64,000 bases of DNA from a virus: positions 64,001 to 128,000 of IMG/VR virus record IMGVR_UViG_3300044731_001604, one strand, 5' to 3'. Position numbers and translations under genes: made by a program. Below the pieces are notes generated by a model. The model was given only the letters and a program-made list of their open reading frames with translations. It made no database searches and was not told the DNA's origin. Numbering within the stretch: position 1 is the stretch's first letter; each line of letters opens with the position of its first letter. Positions 47,168 to 56,638 of this stretch are shown here, one piece after another.

Positions 47168-47991
47168 TTATTACCCCCTTTAGAGTTAATTAATTTTTCG
47201 ATTTCTTGTTGACCTTCTCCGTATAAGAAGAAAGTGTTTATCATTTCACGTTCATTTTTTGTTAAAGAAGCGTTTCTGCTGAGCTTAGTAGCTTCAGCTT
47301 TAACTTCTTCTTTGCTTAATTGTTTATTGCTATTCATTTCTGATTTAGCAACAAATTGGATATCTGTAATTGATTTTCTAGAAGGTTTAGCTAGAACTTC
47401 AAAAGCTTTAGTAATTTGAGCTAAAGCGTGAGCTTGTTCTTGAACTTGTTTTTCTAGAGCAATAATTTTTTCAGATTTTTCCATTTCATCTTGTTGTTCC
47501 GGTTGTTCTTGTTCTTCAGGTTGTGCAGGAGTTTCTTCAGGTTGCTCTTGTGGAGCAGCTTGTTGGTCCTCTTGTCCATAAGCACTTTGCAATGCTTGTC
47601 TGATTACAGAATAATGCCGTTCTAACTCTTGATGATCCATGCTACCATAAATTTGACTAAGCTCTTCATCAGTAAGAGGAGCATCTTCTTGCTCTTCTTC
47701 TAATTGTTGATCAGGTTGCTCTTCAGGTTGTTCTTCTGGTTGTTCTTCTGGTTGTTGTTCCTGTTCAGGTTGAGCTTCTTGCTCAGGTGCTTGTTCTTGC
47801 TCAGGAGCAGCCATTTCTGGTTGTTCTTCAGCAGGAGCTGGAGCAGCTTCCTCTTCAGGTTGAGCTTGATCTTCTTGTGGAGGCATATCATCTTTTCTTA
47901 ACGAGCTTTTTGACAAAAAAGATGCTTTAGCAAGGACTTCATCAACCCCTGCAATCAATGCATCTAATTCGCTTTCGCTGTAATTTTTCAT
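47164..47991 (-). CDS. capsid scaffold protein
   Basis: E/Q/P-rich, coiled coil, upstream of MCP, LSKS/MEKS/VAKS motifs. Confidence 0.75.
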   Translation of the reverse strand: MKNYSESELDALIAGVDEVLAKASFLSKSSLRKDDMPPQEDQAQPEEEAAPAPAEEQPEMAAPEQEQAPEQEAQPEQEQQPEEQPEEQPEEQPDQQLEEEQEDAPLTDEELSQIYGSMDHQELERHYSVIRQALQSAYGQEDQQAAPQEQPEETPAQPEEQEQPEQQDEMEKSEKIIALEKQVQEQAHALAQITKAFEVLAKPSRKSITDIQFVAKSEMNSNKQLSKEEVKAEATKLSRNASLTKNEREMINTFFLYGEGQQEIEKLINSKGGNK

Positions 47992-48020
47992 GTTATATCT
48001 CCTCTTATTACTTCTAATTA

Positions 48021-48449
48021 TTAATTAGAAGTTGTAAGTGGATTGATTTCGTCGCTAGGTAATTCACAAACTGTAGTTGCAGCAGCGAAAGCAGCGTCAA
48101 AAGTAGCAAGTGTTGCTGGTGAAATACTAGCTTCACGGATTTTGATTTTGCAACCCATTTTAGCAACTGCAGCAGTCATTTTAGCTGTAAGAACTGTATC
48201 AGCTGGAGTTTCTTGCAACATTTCGATAATGTGTGGACTGTAAACACGTTGTGGAAGACCGAGACCATCTACACGACCTGCGTTGCCATCAGTTACGATT
48301 TTAACAAGAGCTGTAGCAGCTCCAAGCGTTACTTCTAAAGCAGGAAATCCATCTGCATCTAGAGCTTCTCTAAATGTAGCAGTTGGCATTACTAGAGCCA
48401 GTCTTTGTTTTAATTCTCTTTCTTTGGCTTGAGCCGCGAAAACTGACAT
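48021..48449 (-). CDS. putative head decoration/structural protein
   Basis: Ala-rich, AGGAG RBS, in capsid operon. Confidence 0.55.
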   Translation of the reverse strand: MSVFAAQAKERELKQRLALVMPTATFREALDADGFPALEVTLGAATALVKIVTDGNAGRVDGLGLPQRVYSPHIIEMLQETPADTVLTAKMTAAVAKMGCKIKIREASISPATLATFDAAFAAATTVCELPSDEINPLTTSN

Positions 48450-48592
48450 TTTACTCTCCTTTGTTATTTGAGTTATTAATGTTGATTCTTTCTCAACTAT
48501 AAATACATTAGGATTCTTCTCGAAAATATGGGCAGCTCAAATCCTATATATTAGATTTGGCAAATTAATTTCAATTAATTATTAGACAATAA

Positions 48593-49000
48593 TCAATTTT
48601 TCAATTTGAGGGAGCCAACACACAAACCTTCTGGTTGTGACCCAAAGATCACATAGGATGGCGCATTGCTTGATTTATTTAACGAAGCTTCAACAGGTAA
48701 TAGGCCCCTTCTTTTTGCCCATTCCATCGCTTTTTGTTTTACTTTTTCGTCTGTGTTTTTTCCGAAATCTAATCTTACTGATTTGTTTTCGTAAACACTT
48801 GCAAGTATTTCATTTTTCTTAAGAGAATTACGCTCTTCCAAGCTTTTTGCGACATTTGATACGGCAACTTTGGTTCTTTTAACACCAAATTTTTTATACC
48901 AAGACTGTAAGCGATACGCCAACTTAGGTGGAAGTTTTTTCTCTAAACTTTCCTCTGTTAGCATTTCAGTTAATTCTACCGATAACTCATCAATTGTCAT
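48593..49000 (-). CDS. hypothetical head-associated protein
   Basis: LEKK, VAKS, LKKN, LNKS motifs. Confidence 0.55.
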   Translation of the reverse strand: MTIDELSVELTEMLTEESLEKKLPPKLAYRLQSWYKKFGVKRTKVAVSNVAKSLEERNSLKKNEILASVYENKSVRLDFGKNTDEKVKQKAMEWAKRRGLLPVEASLNKSSNAPSYVIFGSQPEGLCVGSLKLKN

Positions 49001-49011
49001 AAAATCCTCTA

Positions 49012-52000
49012 CTATTCTTTTAGTTTAGGCTTTCTTGGCTTTTTTACTTTTGCAGTTTTTTCTTTAGCTTGAACTGGCTCATCAGTTAAGCTTAAGGCCC
49101 AGCAATGAGTAGGCAGTCCTTTTTTTCTTGTTTCATTTAATGTATCTACACTTTTATGAGGATAGTCTGTATAATCTACTTTTGTAAATCCATATTTTTG
49201 TGCTGTACCATCGTAAATATCTGTAATTCTTGGGTTAATAAAATCTTTATTATATTCTCTTAATTGGCCATTTACCATAGATCCGCCAGACATGTGGCTT
49301 CTAATTCCTGCTCCGTGCATATAAAGAGTTTTAACTCCTTGTGCTTTTGCGTTTTCTATAACTGTATTCATACCAGCTTTTGACCATTCACCTAGTTGAG
49401 CATCAATCTTTTTGATATAATCTTTTATTTCTTTTGGAGAAAGTTTGTGACCATCAATTTCTAATCCATTAGGAGAGTTAGCCAAGATAGTTCTAATATT
49501 TTTTCTAAACTTTTGCGCAAAATCAGATTGAAATTCTTCTATAATCCAACCATCTTTATTAGAACTTGTATCAACTCTTGACCAAGCTACCATTTGTGGC
49601 GTAGTTGGGTGCAGCCCAATAGATGATTCTCTAATACCATTAGTTTCTTTTAAAACCATTTGATATAATGCCCACAATTTTGGATCTTGAGACATTTCTT
49701 TTTCAGACTTTTCGGAATTGTTTAATTGAAAAACTAATGATGGCTTATTTGCATGTTGTTGTAACTTTAAATCAAAAATAGAATACGTCATGTGGTATTC
49801 TTTTGCCTTATCTTGTATCTCTGCTGATTGCATAGCATTTACAAAATCTTCTGGCACAACTGGTTTATTGTTTTTTGACATAAAAATATTTTTAATAACT
49901 TTGTTGTTTTCTAGTTCTGGGTTCATTTTTTTGAAATCTGCCCACATGATACCATCTGCAGGTACTTTATTCATTGTATTTTGTAATACATCGACATCTT
50001 TATCATGAACCGACACAGATTTAACTAATTTTTCTTCGCTTATTGTTTTTTTAAATTCTGACGGTAAAGCTGGCGCGAACTTTCTCATTAAATATCCGCC
50101 CCAAGTTGGATTTGCAAATGCTGGATGATACTGTCTACTTGGCAAGAATACTACTTGTTTATCATTTGAAGTCTCTTCGTATAATCTTTCTACAGACTCT
50201 TTTGATAAATTTGGATGTTTTAACAATACCATTGCTAAACTACTTGATTCTTGTTTATTAAGATTGTTATATCCACTTTTATGATTCTCTATTAAAATAT
50301 TTGATATTTTATCTAATGAGGATACATCAGTTCTATAATTTCTTAATAACTTGTCAACAATTTCTGTTGATTTTAAATCTTTTTCCCAATTATTAACAAT
50401 TTCATTTGAGTGTTTTTTGTCTATAAATAAAGACGATGCGTATACTTCGTCTACGCCACGCTCTTTTACGTACGAGTCGGCCAGGTCTTGGCCGCCAACA
50501 CCATATTGTAATGCTATTGCTTGCGTATTGTATTTTTGAGCATGATCAAGATCTTGAACTAGATCTTGAAATTCACTATAAGATACTTTATCTCCAAGGG
50601 CTTTAAACGGTGCTGACAAATCTGGTGGAGTTACATCTGGATCTGTAAAAACGTTAACAACTTTAGACAGTACACCTTTTCCGTATTTATCTAATGTGTT
50701 ATCGTCCATTCTTCCAATCATTTTGACGGCAGAGTGTACGGCTGATTGCGGATCAGCTTCATAAGCTTTTTCAAATGAATAAGCTCCTAATACATTAGAG
50801 TTTAATTCTTGAACGCCATCTAAACAGAAGTTAAACTCTGGATGTTTTTCAAAATGTATTTGCCAATCTGATAACTGAGCGTCTTTTGCTCTGTTAATTA
50901 ACTTTTTGTAATCTCTTATGTCTACTGGATATGAAAGACTTATATCATATCCACCTTGTTTTGACATACTGATTATATTGCTTATATGGTTTAAATCTTC
51001 ATTGCTTATGTCTAAGCTTGAATAAGTAACATCTCTTAGCACTTCGCTTGCGATTTCTGCATTTTTTTTGACATCTTCTGGTTTGCTATTTTTTAAAATA
51101 GTGCCTAAATGTTTGTCTAAGCTTTCGTATACTTTGCTATATGTTTGTAATTTACTTTTAACATCAGTAGAGCTTTCGTCAAAGAAAGTTCCGCCAACAA
51201 ATTTAGCTAGTGGTGTTAAATGTTTTTTAATTTCGGATAAATGTGACTCGCTAAGATATTCGCTTCCAAAGTACGGAGATCCTTCGTCTTGTGGTACCAT
51301 TAGCTTGTCTAATTCATCAATTTTAGATTCTACAAGCTGATGTAACGCTGTACTTAATGAATTTAATTTTTCTTTAATACCTGATTTAGATAAAGAGAAT
51401 ATAACGCCTATTTGAGCAGAGTACACGTTGTGTGGTATTGACCTTCCAAGTTTTGCTAGAGACTCTGGGGAAACAACTGGGTTCGTAGATAAATCACCAA
51501 ATGCAGTTATTCTGTCACTTTCATTTATTTCATTATCTAAAAATAATCTATTAGTAACTACATCTATATTTTGTTTTGTCAATTTCCCAAAATTTTCTGA
51601 GTCAGACAGGAACTTTCTTAGCTTATGCCCTGTTATATTTTCCAAAATATCTGGATTGTTTGTATCTAAATTTCCATATTCGATATTATTAGCTATCTCT
51701 GGTGTATTTGGTAAATTTTTAAATATACTTGTCTTTTCTTCTTTAGGAATCTTTGAGTATAGCATTTTTGCTAGACTTTTATTAGCATATTCAGATGTAA
51801 TAGGGTCTTCGCTAAGAGTGTGCTTTTTAAGAAAATTTGTAATACTTTGTAATTTTGACTGATCTTCAGTGTGCGCTTGAGAAAGTCTAGTAAAAAGGTT
51901 TTTTTGCTTGTCATAATCTTTATGTTGATCTATACTTTTTTGGGCTTCTTTATCTAAAGTATTAACGAAAGTTTCTGCTAATTTTTGATTAGAATCATCA

Positions 52001-55000
52001 TGTCCTATGGAAGTAGCACCTGATAAAAGCGTACCAGATCCGAAAGATTCTGGGGACGTTTGTAACATATTAATCAAATGTTTATTATATGTTGATGGTA
52101 GAATTTTTTTATCTATCATATCGTATAACAAATCTCCATTTTTATTTGAGATTGTGCTATCTACCATTTTTTTGGCCAAATCTTTTACTTGTTTTACTGG
52201 TCCTAAGCTTTCGTAAACTTTTTTAAAAAATCTATCTTTTAGGGCGTTAAGCCCTTCGTTCGACCAATTTTGTAAATTGTTAATTTTTTCAAACAATGGA
52301 TTGATTAAATTTGGTAATATTTTTTTTGTGTTACTATCTAAATCAGTGTCAAATAGTTTAGTTATATAGAATGCTTTATCATCATCTGCAACATGATCAA
52401 AAAAGTTTAACATATCGTTAGATACTTCTTCATGATCATTGTTAAATTTATGATTATAAAGATACATATCTGGTTGAAATTGGTTTACAGCAGCTTCAAA
52501 ATCAGGTTGAGATAGGCTTTTACCTTTAACAGAATTAAGAATGTAATCCATTTTTTTAGAATGTTCTATTGAATCTAATTTTTCCGTAAAGCTTTTTTTA
52601 CTTTCTAATTCTGCTTTTTTCTCTTCAGATAACAAACCATCTTTTAGTAAAATCCGATTTAGTTCGTTTCCTTGTTCTGATCCACTAGAATCAACTAAAT
52701 CATCAAATACTTTTCCAGCCTTATTAGCGACTCTTGTGGATGCTCTGCTATATAGTATGTCTTTCCATGTTTTTGTAATATAATCCTGTTTTTCTTGTGG
52801 ATTTTCTATTTTATCTGCATGTGATTTAATAAAATCTTTTAAATTAGATACAACACCTTGAAGTTTATCTGCTCCAGAATGTTCATTTTCAAGCAAATGC
52901 TCTATTGCGGCAGTTGTTCCAATAGACTCTACTTTATCTTCTGGTACAATATTAAGGATATTTTTATGTTTTTTAAAATCTCGATCTAGACTTGATATTA
53001 TACTATTAGATTTACTATCTTCTGAATTCTTAATTGTATCTTTTAAAATTGAGACATGAGATTTATTTGAGGGGCTCATACCGCTTATAACTGATTTTTC
53101 TAAATTCCCTAAAATATGTCTAGGTTTCATGTCTTCCGGAAGAAGATCGTTATAGTGACCAGATAGTATTTTTTTATTTTCTTCATGGTTGTTTAAATCG
53201 TGTGGATTAAAATAGTATTTTCCACCAGTTACTAAGTCATGTTTTTCTGGTGGAGTTAATTTATCCCAAAGCTCATTTTTTACTTTTTCTGGAGTATTTT
53301 TTGTCGCTATTATTAGCGGCGCAGCTCCTCCATTTGAGATTTCTAATAAATCGTTAATATTTTTTTCTTTTTCAGAATCGCTCATGTCTTCAAACTTATC
53401 TGAGAGCCAAGTTTGATTTTCGTTATTTTTTGATCCCCAGTCATGAGTATCAAGAACACCAGGATAGTCTTTAACTATTTTTTTAACAGTACCCATTGAT
53501 GAATAGTCATTGTGTATTAATTTCCATGCGTCAGACGAATATTTATCTGGCATTCCATATTGATCATATATTTGTGTATTATTTTCTTTATTTGCTTTAT
53601 CTGCATCATAAAGCTTGTCTAAGAAACTTGCCGATGTCCTAGATTTACTATCTAGTAGATCTTTAGTTAATCCTGGGTGTTGTAAAGCAAAATCCTCTGC
53701 TTTTTTATTGCCATTTGATATTAAGTCTTTTACTGATTGTTTTAAATCTAACTTGTGTTCCTGTGAAGAATAGTACCCAGATCTTGGGTCATTTCCACTA
53801 TATATGCTCATGTTTTTTGGATGAGACTCAGAAAACATTTGTAAAAGATCATCCGTATTTGAATCTCTTTCATCTTGTGATAGTTCTGGGCTTTTAATTA
53901 AATCAAGTTTATTTTGAACAACATCACTTAAGCTTTGCTTGCTTTTTTTGGAAATTTCTTCTAGATCTGTTCCTTTAAGCTTTTCATGCATGGTTCTTAG
54001 AGATAGGTGCTTATCTTCTGGCGACATTTTGTCCCAAGCTTCCATAGCCTTACTATCTTTCCACATGTCATGTAGATTTCTTTTTCCTTGCTTAAATTCA
54101 TTTGTATATATATCATGTCCAGCTAGTGGGTGCTGTTTGGCTGCTTCGTATACATCTAAAGCTTTTCTTTTTAATGCAGTGTCAACTACATCTTTATTAA
54201 CATTTTTATGTTTCAATGCATCTATTGCGATATTTTTACTTTTATGATTAACAATTTCTTTTAAAACATCGGGTGGTAAATTTTTATAGCCAAGCATTTT
54301 TCTTGCTGCGTCGGTATCTTTACTGCTTAAATCCCAAGCTTTTTTAATTGAATCTGGATTCGTATTTTTATGACCTAAGAATTCTTTGTGGCCATTAGAC
54401 ACCAGTTTATCTATTTGGTCTGGCGATAAATTTTCATTAAGATTTAGGGCCTCTTTTTCGTGCCAATCTAATTCTGGTTTTTCTACTACGGAGCTTAAAA
54501 CTTCATTTGGCAAATTTGAATGCCCTAATGCGTGTCTCAATAAGCTTCTTTTATTATGATCTGATTCTTCTGAATTATAAGTCTTAACAATTTTTCCTAA
54601 AAGCGTCGGATCGGCATTTTTATGGGAAACAATGGAGCTAATCGTGTTTGGATAATCTTTTGATGAACTTTCATAAACATTGTGTAATCTATTTAATTGA
54701 TCTTTTGATAAATCATTGTTACCTATAAAATCAGACACAAGATCATCAGAATCAATTGTGCTAGACGGATTAGTTGGGGCGTTAAATCCATATATTGGGC
54801 CCTTTTCAAAAATTTTTACGCCTCTTTCAATTGAATCAGGTGTGTGATGCTTTGTTGTTGCATAACCAAGACGAACTATTTCATCTTCGTTGTCTGTTTT
54901 TGCATTAGGCTCATCTTCTGTGTGATTTTTTCTATTGTTTAATAAATTTTCGTAGAACTCTGGCGTTAAATTTTTAACAGGTGGTCTTGATCCGTATGTT

Positions 55001-55362
55001 TCATTAATATATTTATTGGCTCTATCTTCAAGAACTTTTGTGTCAACATTTGGGTGTACGCTTGCCCCTTTTGACCTGTAAGCTGTATCGTTCATAGCAA
55101 TATGGTTAACTACATCTGACGGTGTATTTGGATTATTAAGCATGCCATCAACAATTGAGTTGATCTCATGTTCTCCTACTTTTGGAGCAATATGGTTATA
55201 TAATTTAGAGATAGACTCTTTTGGCGCATTCGCATGTTCTGCAATATCAGACATAAAAGCATGATCGTATATGGTTTTATCCTCATGCGGAGTATTAATA
55301 TAATTTTCAACATGAGAATTTAGAACATCTGATGGCGTATCTGTAGTTAATTCTTTGCTCAT
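49012..55362 (-). CDS. 2116-aa polyvalent-type protein: LRV/HEAT-like repeats + C-terminal EExQSD domain
   Basis: repeats of (H/N)-P/K-N-x-x-x-x-x-L; WIIEEFQSD motif. Confidence 0.65.
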   Translation of the reverse strand: MSKELTTDTPSDVLNSHVENYINTPHEDKTIYDHAFMSDIAEHANAPKESISKLYNHIAPKVGEHEINSIVDGMLNNPNTPSDVVNHIAMNDTAYRSKGASVHPNVDTKVLEDRANKYINETYGSRPPVKNLTPEFYENLLNNRKNHTEDEPNAKTDNEDEIVRLGYATTKHHTPDSIERGVKIFEKGPIYGFNAPTNPSSTIDSDDLVSDFIGNNDLSKDQLNRLHNVYESSSKDYPNTISSIVSHKNADPTLLGKIVKTYNSEESDHNKRSLLRHALGHSNLPNEVLSSVVEKPELDWHEKEALNLNENLSPDQIDKLVSNGHKEFLGHKNTNPDSIKKAWDLSSKDTDAARKMLGYKNLPPDVLKEIVNHKSKNIAIDALKHKNVNKDVVDTALKRKALDVYEAAKQHPLAGHDIYTNEFKQGKRNLHDMWKDSKAMEAWDKMSPEDKHLSLRTMHEKLKGTDLEEISKKSKQSLSDVVQNKLDLIKSPELSQDERDSNTDDLLQMFSESHPKNMSIYSGNDPRSGYYSSQEHKLDLKQSVKDLISNGNKKAEDFALQHPGLTKDLLDSKSRTSASFLDKLYDADKANKENNTQIYDQYGMPDKYSSDAWKLIHNDYSSMGTVKKIVKDYPGVLDTHDWGSKNNENQTWLSDKFEDMSDSEKEKNINDLLEISNGGAAPLIIATKNTPEKVKNELWDKLTPPEKHDLVTGGKYYFNPHDLNNHEENKKILSGHYNDLLPEDMKPRHILGNLEKSVISGMSPSNKSHVSILKDTIKNSEDSKSNSIISSLDRDFKKHKNILNIVPEDKVESIGTTAAIEHLLENEHSGADKLQGVVSNLKDFIKSHADKIENPQEKQDYITKTWKDILYSRASTRVANKAGKVFDDLVDSSGSEQGNELNRILLKDGLLSEEKKAELESKKSFTEKLDSIEHSKKMDYILNSVKGKSLSQPDFEAAVNQFQPDMYLYNHKFNNDHEEVSNDMLNFFDHVADDDKAFYITKLFDTDLDSNTKKILPNLINPLFEKINNLQNWSNEGLNALKDRFFKKVYESLGPVKQVKDLAKKMVDSTISNKNGDLLYDMIDKKILPSTYNKHLINMLQTSPESFGSGTLLSGATSIGHDDSNQKLAETFVNTLDKEAQKSIDQHKDYDKQKNLFTRLSQAHTEDQSKLQSITNFLKKHTLSEDPITSEYANKSLAKMLYSKIPKEEKTSIFKNLPNTPEIANNIEYGNLDTNNPDILENITGHKLRKFLSDSENFGKLTKQNIDVVTNRLFLDNEINESDRITAFGDLSTNPVVSPESLAKLGRSIPHNVYSAQIGVIFSLSKSGIKEKLNSLSTALHQLVESKIDELDKLMVPQDEGSPYFGSEYLSESHLSEIKKHLTPLAKFVGGTFFDESSTDVKSKLQTYSKVYESLDKHLGTILKNSKPEDVKKNAEIASEVLRDVTYSSLDISNEDLNHISNIISMSKQGGYDISLSYPVDIRDYKKLINRAKDAQLSDWQIHFEKHPEFNFCLDGVQELNSNVLGAYSFEKAYEADPQSAVHSAVKMIGRMDDNTLDKYGKGVLSKVVNVFTDPDVTPPDLSAPFKALGDKVSYSEFQDLVQDLDHAQKYNTQAIALQYGVGGQDLADSYVKERGVDEVYASSLFIDKKHSNEIVNNWEKDLKSTEIVDKLLRNYRTDVSSLDKISNILIENHKSGYNNLNKQESSSLAMVLLKHPNLSKESVERLYEETSNDKQVVFLPSRQYHPAFANPTWGGYLMRKFAPALPSEFKKTISEEKLVKSVSVHDKDVDVLQNTMNKVPADGIMWADFKKMNPELENNKVIKNIFMSKNNKPVVPEDFVNAMQSAEIQDKAKEYHMTYSIFDLKLQQHANKPSLVFQLNNSEKSEKEMSQDPKLWALYQMVLKETNGIRESSIGLHPTTPQMVAWSRVDTSSNKDGWIIEEFQSDFAQKFRKNIRTILANSPNGLEIDGHKLSPKEIKDYIKKIDAQLGEWSKAGMNTVIENAKAQGVKTLYMHGAGIRSHMSGGSMVNGQLREYNKDFINPRITDIYDGTAQKYGFTKVDYTDYPHKSVDTLNETRKKGLPTHCWALSLTDEPVQAKEKTAKVKKPRKPKLKE

Positions 55363-56024
55363 ACTCTACTCCCCTTTTTAAGATTATCAGCGGCCCACAG
55401 CGGTTGTAAATTAGTATAATGACACAATTTAATCATATCTTCTGGTGTTTTTGCCGAGCTTAATGGAACAATGTGATCTACATGCCAACCATTACTTGAC
55501 CAATTTTCCCAAGTCATACCTGGTTGAAATTTTGACTCTAAATAATTTTTTAAAAAATCACTAGTACATCCAATATCTTTTATTGCTGATCCAATTTTTT
55601 TATATCCAGTTGCCTTTAAAAAATTATTAAGTCTTGCCCTTAGAGTTTTTGCTAATCTATACATAATATCTTTTTCTTTTCTAATTCTATGTATCTCTCT
55701 GCGTCTTTCAAGAACTTTTGGATGATTCTGCTTTAATTTTCTAAGTATTGGATTTTCTCTATCTCTCTTTTTTTTATTTTTTTCTCTAGACAGTTTAGGA
55801 TTTTCCCAATACCTATCTCTGTATCTTTTTCTTTCTGACTCTAAATTTTTAAGTCTCCAAATTCTTGAATATTCTCTAGCTTTTTCTCTGTTATTTGAAT
55901 TTTTCAAATTTTGTCTTAAATTAATACACTTTTTACACTGAGAAACGCGGCCACTTTTTTTATGTTTGTCCTTAGAAAACTCACTTTCATTTTTTTCAAT
56001 TTTACACTTGGTACAAGTCTTCAT
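55359..56024 (-). CDS. HNH homing endonuclease
   Basis: N-terminal CxxC...CxxC; GMTWEN...WHVDHIVPLS...HYTNLQPLWA.DN..KG. Confidence 0.88.
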   Translation of the reverse strand: MKTCTKCKIEKNESEFSKDKHKKSGRVSQCKKCINLRQNLKNSNNREKAREYSRIWRLKNLESERKRYRDRYWENPKLSREKNKKKRDRENPILRKLKQNHPKVLERRREIHRIRKEKDIMYRLAKTLRARLNNFLKATGYKKIGSAIKDIGCTSDFLKNYLESKFQPGMTWENWSSNGWHVDHIVPLSSAKTPEDMIKLCHYTNLQPLWAADNLKKGSRV

Positions 56025-56638
56025 TGGTCCAACCTAGATGGACTGGACCCATACTTCATTTTATATAAAATTCGTTTTACGTAGTTAGGAGATTCAGCGC
56101 CGCGATAATCCCCTGACTCAATTTCATAGTCATATTCTGGTGTGCTTAATTTCCCAGCTTCAATCGCTTGTTTTTGTTCTTTTCTAATGTTATCTAAAGC
56201 AGCTTTGGATATAAAGTTTTTTTCTTGTTTTCTTTCTGTAGGTTTAATAGACGGCATAATTGGGTAAGGTTGCGTTCCATCAGTTTTTCTAGTTACAGAT
56301 ATTTCTCCACGCTTAATTGCTGCAAATAACGCATCTTTTTCTTCTGGATCTAACATTTTACCATTTAAGATACAAGTGTGCCCGTCAGAAGATATCTCAG
56401 CTACGTCACCGTTGCTTAAAATATATCTAAACATTGTTATGGAAGATTTGGTAGGTTCTTCCAAAGAAAGGTGGGACGATGCAGATACTTTTCTAGAAAG
56501 CTCTTTAAAAGAATTATTAGCCATTTTTGGCACAAAGCCATTAGAATTATCAACTATAAATTCAATCTGGTCTCCCTCAACTCTAATTTCAGCTAATGGT
56601 ACTTTAGATTGCGTGGATTTTACTACATAGATTTTCAT
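56021..56638 (-). CDS. hypothetical late protein
   Basis: 205 aa, coupled to protease gene. Confidence 0.6.
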   Translation of the reverse strand: MKIYVVKSTQSKVPLAEIRVEGDQIEFIVDNSNGFVPKMANNSFKELSRKVSASSHLSLEEPTKSSITMFRYILSNGDVAEISSDGHTCILNGKMLDPEEKDALFAAIKRGEISVTRKTDGTQPYPIMPSIKPTERKQEKNFISKAALDNIRKEQKQAIEAGKLSTPEYDYEIESGDYRGAESPNYVKRILYKMKYGSSPSRLDQ

